Positions 35,201-47,535 of a stretch of 64,000 nucleotides of DNA are shown here, one piece after another. A program made the position numbers and the translations under genes. Origin of the DNA: Diadema antillarum. Lineage: Eukaryota. Location: positions 124,001 through 188,000 of the forward strand of contig NW_027271292.1 of assembly GCF_040938485.1 (NCBI RefSeq). The letters run 5' to 3'. The notes below the pieces were generated by a model. That model was not told where the DNA came from. It ran no database searches and saw only the letters and a program-made list of their open reading frames with translations. Position 1 is the stretch's first letter. Every line of letters begins with the position of its first letter.

Positions 35201-37175
35201 CAAGGTAAACACTTCACCTATATCAAAAAGGATTAATTTTGGCAATATTCTCTCATAATTCCCTTTGATTTTGTTTGTTGGTGTGTATTTTTATGGCGTA
35301 TACATGTACATTTTTCACATTCCATGTATAAATCATTCATTAGATTTTGCCAATCGTACAAATCTGAGTATGATATCGCTTTAACTACCTGATTATACAT
35401 CACATTAAAGATGTGTTTTAGTCAAGGAGAAAGACCCAGTCTTCAAATGAATTTTTTATGATGCCTCATAATGTAGAGTATTACCTTTGAAAATAATACC
35501 TGCAAGAGTGAACTCATCATCTGGAACTAACTGCATGATACCTACAATTGAGGTATGTTCAAGCATCTCGATTTGCGTGACTTTAGAATAACATGATATC
35601 TTTGGCTTCCTGTCCAACTTGAATGATGACAGTGTTGTACCTTACCTGTATGTGAAGCCCTTTGATGTCATCTGTAATGATTGTATTCATGATAATATTA
35701 TCCTTATTGGCTCTCAGCTTCCACCTGTGTGTGACTCTACGGCAAACCGTCTCAGGAGTGGCAGAAACCTTCATCAAGGATGTTGAAGAGTGTACTGCAG
35801 AAATCATGAAAACACCCAATGAGAAGGCACAAGGAACTGTGAGTGTGTAGTTGTTGCTACTTAATCCACTCATGTACACTCCCTTGTGTATGCAGAGCCC
35901 TTGTTTATTCACAAGGTTTGGATGGAAGTTTTATTTCAGTTTATAAAATGTTTTAGCCCAACAAATGCATAAGCTGTGTGTGAATAGTGTCTTTGTTACT
36001 TACAAAGGGGTAAGGTGGTTTTGGGAATTCTCTTATTGTGTGAATCTAGATTTAGTATGACAATCATTTTTTAGGGGATAAAAAGCTGTTTCAGCACAAT
36101 ATTTCAAATTACTCAAGATAGGGAACACTTATATACATGTAGTACAACATGACAAGAACAGTGCTTCACAATGATGGTTTGGAAAGTGCATAATGACAAG
36201 GGAATCGTGAAAAGTTTTGAGTTAATGATTGTGTGTGCTGTAAATAATTACTTGAAAAGGAAATGTGGAAGGAAAGGGAGTCAAATACATTTCTTGAATT
36301 CATAAAAAGCCAACAATGTACATTGAAACATCATTGTATTTTTGACTGCTGTGACTAGGTACCCAAGAATATACTGTCCTGTCTCCTCCTTTGCATTTTA
36401 TGATCTACAGTATCAATATAGACAATCATGTATTCATTCTGCAACCAATCTATTATCCTAACCATCTGTTCCCTTTCTACTCATGCATCCATCCATCAGT
36501 CAGTCAACATACCTTTTGTATTAACCAGCTATCCATTGATAAGCAAAAAATTCAGGCAATGATTTACCACCAAATAGTTCAACCATCCATCTGACATATC
36601 AAGCTATTAACTTATTTTCTCTTGGTTTTTTCAAGGACTATTCTAGAAGACACACATGTAGGAAGGATTGATGAAAACATTTCTACCTCTGCAGCAAAAT
36701 TCTTCCCGCAAACAATATGTGAGGAGTCCAAGATAAAGAAAAAGAAATGAAAGAAAAGGCCTGTTTGTCAGTTTGTCTTGAAATCTTACAAGATTATGTT
36801 TCACTTATGCCATTCATAGTTCTTGATTCCAAATACATTTTGTTTTTGTTTTTTTCATGTTCTGCTGAAGTTTTCTGTATGTGGCAAATGATCAGTTGTC
36901 CAGTTTGTGGTATCTCATGGTGTGAATTGTTTCGCCTCCCTTGAACATCAATTTGAGTGCTTGTTTAGAAATGTATTTCAAATGCCAAGACTGCCTTGAT
37001 GTAACATAATGGATAGACTCTAGCTGTGATTGAACCGATGTGTGATATGCATTTCACTCTATTTCAACAGGCCGCTGTGTATGGCACTGCCCAATCCATT
37101 CCTGATCGGTCTTTGGTTTCCGACCTAGCCAAGGGATACCTTGATGCCTACTACTCTACCGACCCACTGGATTAG
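22545..37175 (+). CDS. SGPL1: Sphingosine-1-phosphate lyase 1 (SGPL1a), 14 exons after the ATG exon; complete to the stop codon (about 544-551 aa depending on the first exon)
   Basis: Exons 22545-22692, 24180-24247, 25194-25344, 26487-26566, 27118-27246, 27861-27949, 28621-28729, 30371-30469, 31684-31830, 32390-32510, 33132-33249, 35058-35204, 35718-35838, 37071-37175. All introns are GT-AG and the phases chain without stops (1632 nt). Motifs [49 protein letters not shown] (PLP lysine), [15 protein letters not shown]. Confidence 0.95.
24180..24247 (+). CDS. SGPL1: SGPL1a exon
   Basis: ctgcag|(T)[22 protein letters not shown]|gtttgt. Confidence 0.9.
25194..25344 (+). CDS. SGPL1: SGPL1a exon
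   Basis: ttaag|[11 protein letters not shown]...[22 protein letters not shown]|gtaagt. Confidence 0.9.
26487..26566 (+). CDS. SGPL1: SGPL1a exon
   Basis: ctgtag|(S)[26 protein letters not shown]|gttagt. Confidence 0.9.
27118..27246 (+). CDS. SGPL1: SGPL1a exon
   Basis: [43 protein letters not shown]|gtgagt. Confidence 0.95.
27861..27949 (+). CDS. SGPL1: SGPL1a exon
   Basis: [29 protein letters not shown]|gtaagt. Confidence 0.95.
28621..28729 (+). CDS. SGPL1: SGPL1a exon
   Basis: [36 protein letters not shown]|gtgaga. Confidence 0.95.
29087..29860. mobile_element. piggyBac-like MITE in an SGPL1a intron
   Basis: TTTAA|CCCTAACTAGGC...GCCTAGTTAGGG|TTTAA; CCCT/AGGG termini. Confidence 0.75.
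30371..30469 (+). CDS. SGPL1: SGPL1a exon
   Basis: [33 protein letters not shown]|gtgagg. Confidence 0.95.
30704..31552. mobile_element. pogo/Tigger-like MITE carrying a nested MITE
   Basis: TA|CAGTCCAAC...GTTGGACTG|TA with repeated acctgtctataacagccac subterminal motifs. Confidence 0.75.
30887..31172. mobile_element. Nested MITE with ~38-bp imperfect TIRs
   Basis: taaagggg-tatctcactgggtggcgaacgtttgcgaacg vs reverse complement of right end taaaggggatatctcactgagcggcgaatgtttgtgaacg. Confidence 0.75.
31684..31830 (+). CDS. SGPL1: SGPL1a exon ending in the PLP Schiff-base lysine
   Basis: [49 protein letters not shown]|gtaaac. Confidence 0.97.
32390..32510 (+). CDS. SGPL1: SGPL1a exon
   Basis: [40 protein letters not shown]|gtgaga. 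Confidence 0.97.
33132..33249 (+). CDS. SGPL1: SGPL1a exon
   Basis: (G)[38 protein letters not shown](G)|gtgagg. Confidence 0.95.
35058..35204 (+). CDS. SGPL1: SGPL1a exon
   Basis: [48 protein letters not shown]|gtaaac. Confidence 0.95.
35718..35838 (+). CDS. SGPL1: SGPL1a exon
   Basis: [40 protein letters not shown]|gtgagt. Confidence 0.93.
37071..37175 (+). CDS. SGPL1: SGPL1a last coding exon
   Basis: caacag|[34 protein letters not shown] (TAG at 37173-37175). Confidence 0.95.
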   Translation, partial: AAVYGTAQSIPDRSLVSDLAKGYLDAYYSTDPLD

Positions 37176-37986
37176 GGAGACTCTTAATATATCATCATGC
37201 CCTGTAGCATCCTCCAGTGGTACTTACTCTAACGAGCATGTTGATTTATCATCATAAGCATACTTTCACAACTTATACAGCACACATGGCGATAAAATTG
37301 TGAAGGCCAGAGAATAATGAAGTTAGTCAGGTACAGTGTATTTCTCAGCATTCCTATAAAACTTGCATGTTAGTTCACAAGACTTTTTGCATTATCTGTG
37401 CAGTGCAGTGGTCCAGCAAAAGGCTTTTGTTCATACAAAAATCATATTGAAATCAAATCAGAATTCATTATCTGCTTCTTGATGTTTCCTTATAGGATGT
37501 GCAGTATATTTGTGGAATGGTGTGTTCATATGAGACAGAGAAAATTATTCCAATTTTTGCAATGTGAAAAAGTTGTGATAGCTGTGAATATTGAATGTTG
37601 TGGCAGATTCAGGTCATATCTTATGCAGTGCGAATGGGTTTTGTGCGGTTGGGTTACTTTAAAGTGAATGTAATGAACAATATGGAATGTGTTGTATCTC
37701 ATATTTCAAATGTTGTAGGGACCCTTTTTTGGTTATTTTCCAGGCACTGACACAAAAGCCAGACGTCATGTTCCCGTTCTGATCACTATATCAAACTTGT
37801 GACTGGCAGTGAATTTTCTGTATTTCTTTAAAAAAAAGAAAAGACTAGAGCACATTTCCACCAATTTTGTATGTGATTCTGGCATGCACAGTGCAAATTT
37901 TTGTTCATCATTTTCACATCATGAATTGTTTCCTTTGACATCAAGAGATTGAAAGGCTTTGCTTTGTGTACTTTCTTGTGTTTGCT

Positions 37987-37992
37987 AATAAA
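37987..37992 (+). terminator. Candidate polyadenylation signal for SGPL1a (another AATAAA at 41253-41258)
   Basis: AATAAA about 0.8 kb after the stop codon; usage unknown. Confidence 0.3.
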
Positions 37993-38576
37993 TCTACAGA
38001 ATTTGTATGTAAATTGGACATTGTGCCAATTGGTCTAAAGTATAAATGTAAAGTAACCTGAAGCAGCAAGTTGATTCATACCTTCCTGTAGCCCAAGATG
38101 ATACCAATGCACACAAAATTGCAATGTGGTTTAATGTTCCACCATTCACCCATGCACATAGTTGTTATGGATTGTATTGTGATTTTGTCGTCACAATCAA
38201 ATGCCTCAAGACCTTGGTTGTGATCTAAGTTGAATAATATAAACCCACCCATGTAGGTATACCAATTGGACAGTATCAAAGTAAGATCACTAACCCAGTA
38301 AAGCTGATCACACATTCCCTATGTATCCATTGGCTTTCAGTTTCAACTTCTAGCATTATATGCCTTCTATGAGCTTTGACTTTTGATACAACTACAAATA
38401 CTAGTATAATTCATACCTGATGCACTCCAGTGCTTGCATAGACTCATATTAAGTACAATCAGTAGAGTTCTGAAAAGAATTTAGCAATTTTTCTGGTTTA
38501 CTGGATCATGTTAGGACTGGAGTTGGTCACTATTACACATGATTTGATAAGTTGACAAAGCATAGCTACCTTTTAA

Positions 38577-38941
38577 AGGGATAGTTTAGTAATGGTGGAG
38601 ATGAGGATTTAGCTTTTAACCTTCTGCAAGATACCAAGAAACCACGTATGAAGTAAATGAGAGTATACCATTCTTGAGGAATTCAAAGTTTTTTAGATGA
38701 AAATCGGTTTTGGAATGGCTGAGACATCTAAAAACAAAGTAAAACAAAGCAATCCTAATAAAAAAGTTGGGATTTCTCTTTTTTGGATATCTCAGACATT
38801 TCAAAACCAATTTTCATCAAATAAATGCTGAATCCATGTTGGAATTACATGCTCTTTCATATTTCATCACAGGTTGATCATTATCTCCCCAAAAATGTTA
38901 GAAACCTGAAGTTGGGTCTCAACAAAAACTATACAATCCCT
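38577..38941. mobile_element. TTAA-flanked (Kolobok-like) MITE
   Basis: TTAA|AGGGATAGTTTAG...CTATACAATCCCT|TTAA. Confidence 0.75.
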
Positions 38942-41900
38942 TTAAGGACTTACGGACTTTGAGCTTTCTGATTTTATAGCATAACTACAGTAAATTAAGT
39001 GGGATGCAGTTTATAAAACAAGCATCAACTGCTTCTTTTAGGGTCACAATTGAAATTATTTGCCCTAAGTGATTTCTCAATGGTGCTATACCCCTTGACT
39101 TCACTCTTGGCATAGCACTGTTGAGAAATCACCTCTAGGCAAATATATTTAACCATGCCCCTCCAAACAGTCACTATTTGTACATTATCGTTAAAGATTT
39201 GAATGCATTTTTGGTTCATGAGTACATCTGAAGTAACCATGACAGTTTTATTGGTTGCAAGACATTAATGAATACCTTGTGAATTAAAATGAAAACAGAC
39301 ATCTATTTAAACTACAGTCACATGAAGGAAGCAGTATCTAAGATGGTTAGAATTAAACATCCAGGTCTTTTATAGTATATGTTCTGACACAGTGATAGTT
39401 ATTTAATACCATACGTTGAGAATGAATCCCTTTTCAAGTTATGATGCATTGAGAACACAAGAGTTATGCTTTTAGAGGTAGAGTCAAACTTGTCTATGGC
39501 GGCCACCTTATGGAGATGAAAAGAGTGGCTGCTAAAGACCAGTGACTGCTATTGACAGGTTTTATGACATTTCATGTATAATTATCACATACATATTCCC
39601 TATATTGTCGTATACAAGAAGTTATATGTACATACGATTCGGCACTCCGTACACTGGGGTACTGTTGTAACCCGGGGTACAGTGTTGTGTTGAGCCATCT
39701 CGTTTCAATTATCATACAGTTAGCAATGTTGTCATGGCAACTATTTTCTCATCATCAGCACCAATATAAATCAGTGTGGCAGTAACGATCGTAATGTCAA
39801 TTTTCCTTCCATGTTAACTTTTAAACAGTGAAGATTACAACAGAGCTATAAATGAGAGAAAAAAAATCCATTACATGTATTTACATGCATTAATTGTTGC
39901 ACAATCACAAATGAAAAAAAAAACATGTTTGTGTATAATGATACTATAAATTATTTTTCCACATTTCTGGTAACCCAGGGTACAGTGCTGAGAAAAATAT
40001 AATTCAACAAAACGGTAAATCTTTGGTATTCCAGGGTGCCAAATAATGCATCATATGCATTGTACTATATGTGTATAATTTATGTGCAGACGTGTTTCAT
40101 GCACTGCAGTGCTGTTATTGTGTGCATACAGCAAACAAGCTCTTCATGGGTTCATTGCCATGCCTGTTTGCCATTTGCAAAACAAAAACAAAAACAACAA
40201 CAAAACAAAGCAAAAACAAGACCAAAAAAAAAAACAGTCAAAACAAACAAAGCAAAACAAAACAAAACATGGCAGATTATCAGCTTTCCTGTGACTCCAT
40301 AAAGTGTCTGCGGTTGCCACACACAGGATAGAATATAACATGAGAAACAAAATTGGTGGCCCACTCGCCACACCACGATAAGAGACCACTGTGCACAGGG
40401 TCTTTAACTTTGCTTTTATTAGAAGCGATACAAAAGATGGCCACTGTAGACAGGTGGCCGCTAAAGCAAGTTTGACTGTAGGAGTAAACATTCAGTATGA
40501 GCAAATTGAACCATCACTGATAAATCATAGGTGCTGCACTGATGCTAGAATCTCACTTTGTCCAGGATATGATGATGATAATTATATATATATATATTAC
40601 CTTTTTTGTTAAGAGTAAAGCTGTAACAAGTTGTGAAATCAAGAAGTGGATGAGATCACACACAAATTGTACAAATGTTTGCATCTCTACATGGCTGAGA
40701 AAAGATGCTGTGGCTAGGTCTTCTGTGAAACTCTCTTTTCTCTCCATATGTGATTCACAATCAGTGTACATGTTCAGGGTTAGTCCTACGCTACGAACAA
40801 CAACTAATACTTTTGTTTACCATAGGTGTTGTACATGATGATCATTCTAGCACTTTTGAATCAAAATTATAATTTTATTTTTGTAATATTACTCGTCTTT
40901 GGTGTAACTTTGCAGTGTTGACTTATATTTTCCTGATGATGCCTTGAAACTCTTTAAAACATCTTCCTAAGTAATATGTGAATACGTGTACTCAAATATA
41001 CATGAATGAAATTCATATATAAAAATGCACATATGATATGTCTGTATATTTTGGATCAGAGGGAACCAAAATTTGCGCAAAATGTGTTATGCTAATTGTG
41101 CAATGTACTAGTGCCACTTGTGTGCAGAGTGATAAAAGTCTTGTACATCAGTGATATTCATGTAGGAAATGATGTCTATGGAAGAGGTATAGTCTTGAAT
41201 GTGAATTCTTTAATGATTTTGTGGGTGTAAGAATTAATCTGACATCTAATTCAATAAAGTCTGCCTTGTCACAGTCAACAGAAATTGGTTTATAAAGCCC
41301 CAGAAATTTCTAAAAAGTGTGTTTCATATGTTTCACACCAGAAAGCATGGGAATCATTCATACAAGCTGTTGAGTTGAATGTTAATCTTCTGTTAGTAAC
41401 AGGTCTGTAGACCTGGTTTCCCATGTCTGTTTACCTTCATACAGTTGTATTTCATGCTTAGGCCAATTTCACCTCATACTGAGGCCAGTATACTGGCAAG
41501 CTACATGATTATGGGATATATCCTATGTTTTCTGCCATTTCAACAAAAACAAATGTTGGTGTATTGTGCAATTGAAAAGCATGGGTATCAGCTTTAATGG
41601 GTATCATTCTACTTTAGCACCAGAGATTATGGTTCTTGTGAGTGATCAGAATTTTTATTACATTTGGTATACTGTGAAATTTATTTTGTATCTTCATTAA
41701 ATCAAAGCTGTTGAATGAAGAAAAGTATAATTTTCTGGTTTGCCTTGTTTTATTGTTTTGTTCTTCCATATACATTGACAACACTTCTTATTTTTGAAAG
41801 TAGCATGTGATTATAGGTTTTGATGCTCACAAAAACAAGATCTTATATTGAAGACGCTTTGCTCCAATGCTATGTATTTCATGCCTGTCTTCATCCTTGC

Positions 41901-42551
41901 ATACTTTCTTTACCTAATTCTCAAAGGTCAGGGAAGCTGTGGTATTTGTCAGTCCAAAAGCTTGACAGTGTGTCATGTGCAACAATGATATTGCTAGTTA
42001 TGCAGTGGACATTGAAGAAAGTGTTGTGGAGACATGACTGGAATTGATAATACCATAACCCAATGAGTACGGAATGATTTTGCTACAACACGCATTTCCC
42101 ATAGACACTTGCCCGAGTATACTCGTCACTCATCCTCAACGGTTTACTAAGCATTGTGATGTGCAAAAGCTTCCAGCCAGCTAACACCATTGAGAAGAGC
42201 TTGGAGTGTGAGTGTAGATTTGTGTGTATGGTGTCATTTTACCATTTTCAAGGTGACAAGTTTGTCAAGTGTGCTGAAATTGCTGGGATTTGTTAATGAC
42301 TTTCTGACCATTTTATTTTTTCTTTAATTTCCTTTCCTTTTTGCTGGTAGGTATCTGTATTTATTATGATCTAGCAGGAAATGTGCCTTTGTTCTCATCA
42401 GTGGCATCAAATTCAGGAGATGTTGCCTTGTCGCTCTGTAATCGGACTCTTTGTTTTTCAGTGAGAATTACTTGACGTTATGCTCCATTAACTGTCTGGG
42501 CCGTATCTTCCGTTCTTACCAAGCTGTAATTTGTGAGTAACTCTTAATTAA

Positions 42552-43110
42552 AGGACAAGTTCACCTTCATATACATGTGGATTGAGTGAAGGCAACAATA
42601 TTAGTAGAACACATCAGTGAAAGTGTGGGGAAAATCCGACAATCCGTTCAAAAGTTATGAATTTTTAAAGTATCTGTGCAATCACTGCTGGAGTAGAAGA
42701 CTACTACAGTGTATGATGTCACATGCATACAACAATATAAAGAAAATAAAATGAGAATTTCACAAAACTTGACTTTTTGAATAAAGTGCACATTTCTTCG
42801 ACCTGTTACTGACTTATGTTAGGGGTAATATTATTTCCCCTGACTTCTGAAAGAGAGAAGTCGAGTGTTCTTTCATTATGTGAGAAAAGTGAGAATATCT
42901 TGAATTTTCTTTATACTTTCTTTATGTAGTTGTACTCATATGACATCACAAGCTATAGTAGTCTTTTCATCCAGCCGTGACTGAGCAGAAACTTCAAAAA
43001 TTCATAACTTTTGAACGGATTGTCCGATTTTCCTCAAACTCTCATTGATGTGTTCTACTAAAATTGCTGCATTCACTCAACCCACATGTTTATGAAGGTG
43101 AACTTGTCCT
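42552..43110. mobile_element. TTAA-flanked (Kolobok-like) MITE with long TIRs
   Basis: TTAA|AGGACAAGTTCACCTTCATA...TATGAAGGTGAACTTGTCCT|TTAA, plus inner inverted blocks (ccgacaatccgttcaaaagttatgaattttt / aaaaattcataacttttgaacggattgtccg). Confidence 0.85.
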
Positions 43111-43968
43111 TTAAATGGTATAATGTATAATCCTATGCCATTGTTGTTCCCTCGTTTTTCTTTAGTAGAAATGTCTATGGTGGAAGAGCTGCTTTGTAGA
43201 AGTTATATGAAATACAGATTCTGTAGAAGGCTTTTTTTTTTCTTCCATTTTGTCCTGCATTGTTACCTAACTGGGACAATTCAATTAGCTTAATTACCAA
43301 GTTGTTAATGTTTGTAATAACAAGTGTACTTTATAATAACAAGCTTGTCTTGTATTGAAGGAGTTAGTTTCTCATTGAATCCCTAAAATGAACGCTGGTG
43401 TGGAATTTAATCACACACACAGATGACAAAACGGAGGGACAGAATTTATCTGTTTTGTGTATTTCATTATATTGTGCCTTGCATTATTGTATTGTACCAA
43501 TGCATAATCTTATTGACATCCATATTGACGGAGACACAATTGGCGACGAAGATGTGTATCTCTTACGAGTTCCTAAGAGGTTACTATGCATAAAATCCTC
43601 GGACAGTGTTCTGTACAACCGTAATCACAGTTTCGCAACACTTTGTCGACAAGACTTAAACAGTAAAAGGGTATTGTCATCATAATTATGCAACGGATTT
43701 GAAGAAGATGCCAATATTACGATAGGGGTTGGGCAATGTTGTCATGATATCGATAGAGCAGAGATAATGTCTCCGTCCACAGGAACTCACAAGCCATTTA
43801 TGAGAACAGACGAGGGTTTCATAAAAATCAAAGGTATGCCATGTCCATCTGTTGACATTGTTGAAACTTTCCATTTCGAGAGACAACTTCCAAAACAATT
43901 TCCTCTACTTCTTCAGGTGTGTAAATATCTCTCTAGACGGTGGCCAACATATCTTTGGTTATCTCATC

Positions 43969-45324
43969 ATGGATACGACGGAGAAGCTGATGATGGAGTC
44001 AAAGACCCGGCTAACCAAGAGGCTTGTTGTGGTTGCCATCTTTTTAGCTGTAGTCATGGACAACGTACTTTATATGGTGGTTCATGCCATTCTTCCAAAC
44101 TACCTTCGATCTATCGAAGCATTCCAGCAGGAAGTGGATATCACATCCCGACTAAACCGCAGTGACTCGTGGTACGTCTCGACCAGTGGACTAGATCATA
44201 ACATTGATGGAGGTAAACCCTTCGGGATCCTGTTTGCTGCGAAAGCCATCTTTCAGCTCGTTATGAACCCTGTTTCGGAGGTCCTGATCGATAAGACTGG
44301 CTACACTCCTCCTATGATGATCGGACTTGTTGCTACTGTCCTTGCGAACATGTTTTTCTCCTTCGGAAAGAGTTACGGATTACTGTTTGTCGCCAGGAGT
44401 CTGCAGGGTATCGGATTTGCATTTATCGACACAGCGGGTTTCGCTATGGTAATAGATCGTTACCCCTGCAGATCAAAACGAGACCTCGTCGTAGGGATAA
44501 GTCTGGTTTGTGCCGTTGGAATCCGACTGACTTTTACGTCATTTAGATTCCTCATGATGCAACCATTTACAGGATTGCTGTTCTTGGCAGGAATGCTTGC
44601 CTCCTTGTTGATTATTGCATTTGTCCCCGTTCCTAGGGGTACTTTGTGTCTCTTGGCCTGTAAGCACTGCACAGAGGACAAATGGCAAAGGCCGGGGACA
44701 ATGCGATTCTTCAAGTATATCGTGAATCCCTACATCGCCTTTGCCGCTTGGGTGTTGTCCGTGTCGAACGTCGCAGTAGCGTTCCAGGAACCCACCATGT
44801 CTGTTTGGATGGATGACACCATGTGTGCTCTAAGCTGGCAGGCTAGCATAATTTGGTTACCAACATTCCTCCCATACATCATAGGCGTTTCGACCACTGT
44901 AAAGTTGGCAACTCAATCGTCTCAAAGGCTATTGAAGATGGCAGTAGTCACGGGCACAACGATCATTGGAATCAGCTCTTGCTTTAGTCATCTTTGCAAA
45001 ACTTTCTGGACATTAACGTTACTCCTCTGCGGTATCGGCTTCGGCAGTGCATTGGTCACTTCCTCCCTTTTCTCAACCGCACGCCATCTGGTCGAGCAAC
45101 ATAGGTTAAGGAGTGTCTGTGCCATTGCTCGCATCTTGCATTCAGTATCATACGCAGTTGGCCCTGTCTTCTCTGAACAACTTGTTCAAGATATGGGCTA
45201 TCCTAAACTCAGTGTTATTGTTGGCGTCTGCGCTCTTATTGCTTACATGCCAATATTATTCATTCTCTTCAAAGTCCATCAGGCGTCTTCAGAATCTGAT
45301 GTGATTGTCGTTTGTATTCAGTGA
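43969..45324 (+). CDS. SLC18A3: Divergent vesicular acetylcholine transporter-like protein (SLC18/MFS), 451 aa from the first Met; may extend 5' via spliced exons
   Basis: Uninterrupted ORF collinear with VAChT: VMDNVLYMVV, GILFAAKAIFQLVMNP, ARSLQGIGFAFIDTAG, NPYIAFAAW..SNVAVAFQEPT..WMDDTM, WLPTFLPYIIGV..TVKLA, SVSYAVGP. Strong splice acceptor tttcctctacttcttcag| at 43916/43917 just upstream. Likely a paralog rather than the canonical ortholog. Confidence 0.85.
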   Translation: MDTTEKLMMESKTRLTKRLVVVAIFLAVVMDNVLYMVVHAILPNYLRSIEAFQQEVDITSRLNRSDSWYVSTSGLDHNIDGGKPFGILFAAKAIFQLVMNPVSEVLIDKTGYTPPMMIGLVATVLANMFFSFGKSYGLLFVARSLQGIGFAFIDTAGFAMVIDRYPCRSKRDLVVGISLVCAVGIRLTFTSFRFLMMQPFTGLLFLAGMLASLLIIAFVPVPRGTLCLLACKHCTEDKWQRPGTMRFFKYIVNPYIAFAAWVLSVSNVAVAFQEPTMSVWMDDTMCALSWQASIIWLPTFLPYIIGVSTTVKLATQSSQRLLKMAVVTGTTIIGISSCFSHLCKTFWTLTLLLCGIGFGSALVTSSLFSTARHLVEQHRLRSVCAIARILHSVSYAVGPVFSEQLVQDMGYPKLSVIVGVCALIAYMPILFILFKVHQASSESDVIVVCIQ

Positions 45325-45380
45325 TGAGAGCAGATAGGCCTAATTTGTATCACGTCGGTGGTGTAATAGACATGTCCTTT

Positions 45381-46443
45381 ATACCCCCATCCCACTATAG
45401 ACGGCGATTCCGCTACGATCATCAGAAATCGACAAAGCGCGGCGGATCGTGGCTTGATCGCTTTAAATCTCTCCATCGTATCTTGAGCGTGTCAGAAGCG
45501 CGGAGGGTCGCCACCATCGCCGCCAAGTTTTGAACATGTCCAAAACTTCCGTAGCGAGAGCGCCGTGGTTTTAGAGCGTATTACCATTTCAATCGCCTCA
45601 CAAGCGCATTTAAAGCGCCATATTCGTAGCTCTGACGGGGTAGCAACGCGTAAAGCGTAACTCACGCGCATCGAAAGCGGCCGGCCCCCATCGCTCATGA
45701 AAATTACCACTCTTTTATACGTAGTACTAATATACGTACCAGGCACCAACCATGGACGAAAGAGAGTAATGCACCCGATCAGCTTAGGAAGTGGATATGG
45801 AGTAAAGCGTATAAATTTCTCTTTCCACGTACACTCCGTACGAATCTACTCTGTTTGTTGAATTGTTTGTTTGTCTTTTGCAAGTCAATGCAAGAAGATG
45901 AAGTTGCAATCTTTTCAAATAATTTATGTTTAGATTTACCAATACGCCATATAATCTTCGTTCTGTTGGTACTCTTGTTCTCCCCACACCCAAAACTCAA
46001 TACTGCTGCAAATCTTTTAGTTATAGAGGATCGTGTATATATAATAGTATCAAATTTTCAACTTAAGTGTATATGTACTTTTTTTTTCTTGTTCTTCTTT
46101 TTTCTTTGAAGCATAGATGTATATATATTTGTTAAATTCATTGATTTGGTTTATTGCCATTATGGCAATGGTATGTGTTTATGTAACCGAAATGTATAGT
46201 AGTGGATGTTATTTTAAGTTTGTGTAGTGTAGTTTTTGTTGATACAAGTTTGTATGTTAATTTCAGATATACCGAGTGTGTTTTCTTCTGGACCCCTCGG
46301 TAGAACAGCTCCATCATGAGGGCGGAGCTGAGTAGGGCCATCCAGCCGCAGTTTCATGTACTTTTGTGATAATTTCTTCGCATTTTTCAATAAGAAGTGG
46401 TGTACATATTTTATTTTGCGGAAATAAAATCAATAAATCAATT

Positions 46444-46495
<52 letters not shown>

Positions 46496-47039
46496 TTCAT
46501 AAAATTGGCTCCTTGTAGCTCGGATACGATTTGTAGTTTGCTCGTAAGCCGGTTCTTTCATACACTTTTCATCCTTTATAGTAGAATGAATGACTTAACT
46601 AATAGTGCAATTTCACATTAGGTTCTACCTGGTGTGTTCTTTGAACGCTTAAGATGTAAGGGTGAAACCATATCCTGCATATCCATGTTGGTTTGACACT
46701 GACATCAGACTGAAGAAATTCAATCATGAAACCCATTTTATACTCCGATCGTAGAATAGCGAGGTCTTGATAAGCATACGAATATCTCAACACAGTCGGT
46801 TTGATCGCAGAAGCAGCGCGTCTCGTCGGCCTGGGAATGCGGCAACGTGGCAGAGTCGTATTATAATCGTGGCACTATCGCCTACAGCGCAGAGTGAGCA
46901 GAGAGAAACCGTTGTGTAGTCGCCTTGCAAGCCAAAAATGGAGATGGAGCACGATTTGCACCACAATTTCTAAATTTTTCACAGATCGCCATGGTAGCAA
47001 TGGTAGCCATGGTCGCCTTCCTATGAGATGGGGGCCTTA
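45381..47039. mobile_element. Possible Harbinger-like non-autonomous element just downstream of the VAChT-like stop
   Basis: Imperfect inverted ends acccccatcccactatagacggcga / reverse complement aggcccccatctcataggaaggcga with GC-rich subterminal blocks; the two ends could belong to separate elements. Confidence 0.35.
46428..46494. repeat. (ATCA)n microsatellite
   Basis: Direct reading. Confidence 0.9.
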
Positions 47040-47493
47040 GGGAGATGGCGACGTACGTGATGTCAATATTGTCACGATAATGTTGCCTGTTGAATATGTT
47101 GTATATTAATGGGTGTGAGCATAATAAATGATAGAAATTCACAAATTTTATGAAGTATGCTAAATCAGTGTATGTTGGCCCTATATCAACGTGATATACT
47201 ACTTATCTATCAGTAGTTTTGACCAGTGTCGTATCACTCCTCTGACAAGGCATCCCCATTATATACCGATACTGGTAGGCCGAATCCTTTTTAGAATGTA
47301 AGTATAGGTCATTATTATTTTTATACCTAATAACCTAAATGGACTTTCGTTCAGCCTTTCGAAGACGATGATAATTATTGCATGTTTTCCAAGATGACAG
47401 GCCTAATGGGCAGTGAGCAGAGTACAGTGAATAAAATTAGGCCCAAGGCGTTTATGATATAGGCCTATAGCTGCAGCGCCCCCCCCCCCCTGC

Positions 47494-47535
<42 letters not shown>

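Noticed and set aside
43969-45324. Calling the VAChT-like ORF a processed retrogene because it lacks introns
   Set aside because: VAChT coding regions are typically intronless anyway, and no poly-A remnant or TSD is visible.
46599-46860. Minus-strand open frame with RIWFHPYIL, weakly like a Harbinger transposase N-terminus
   Set aside because: No DDE region or other motif follows; too weak to call.
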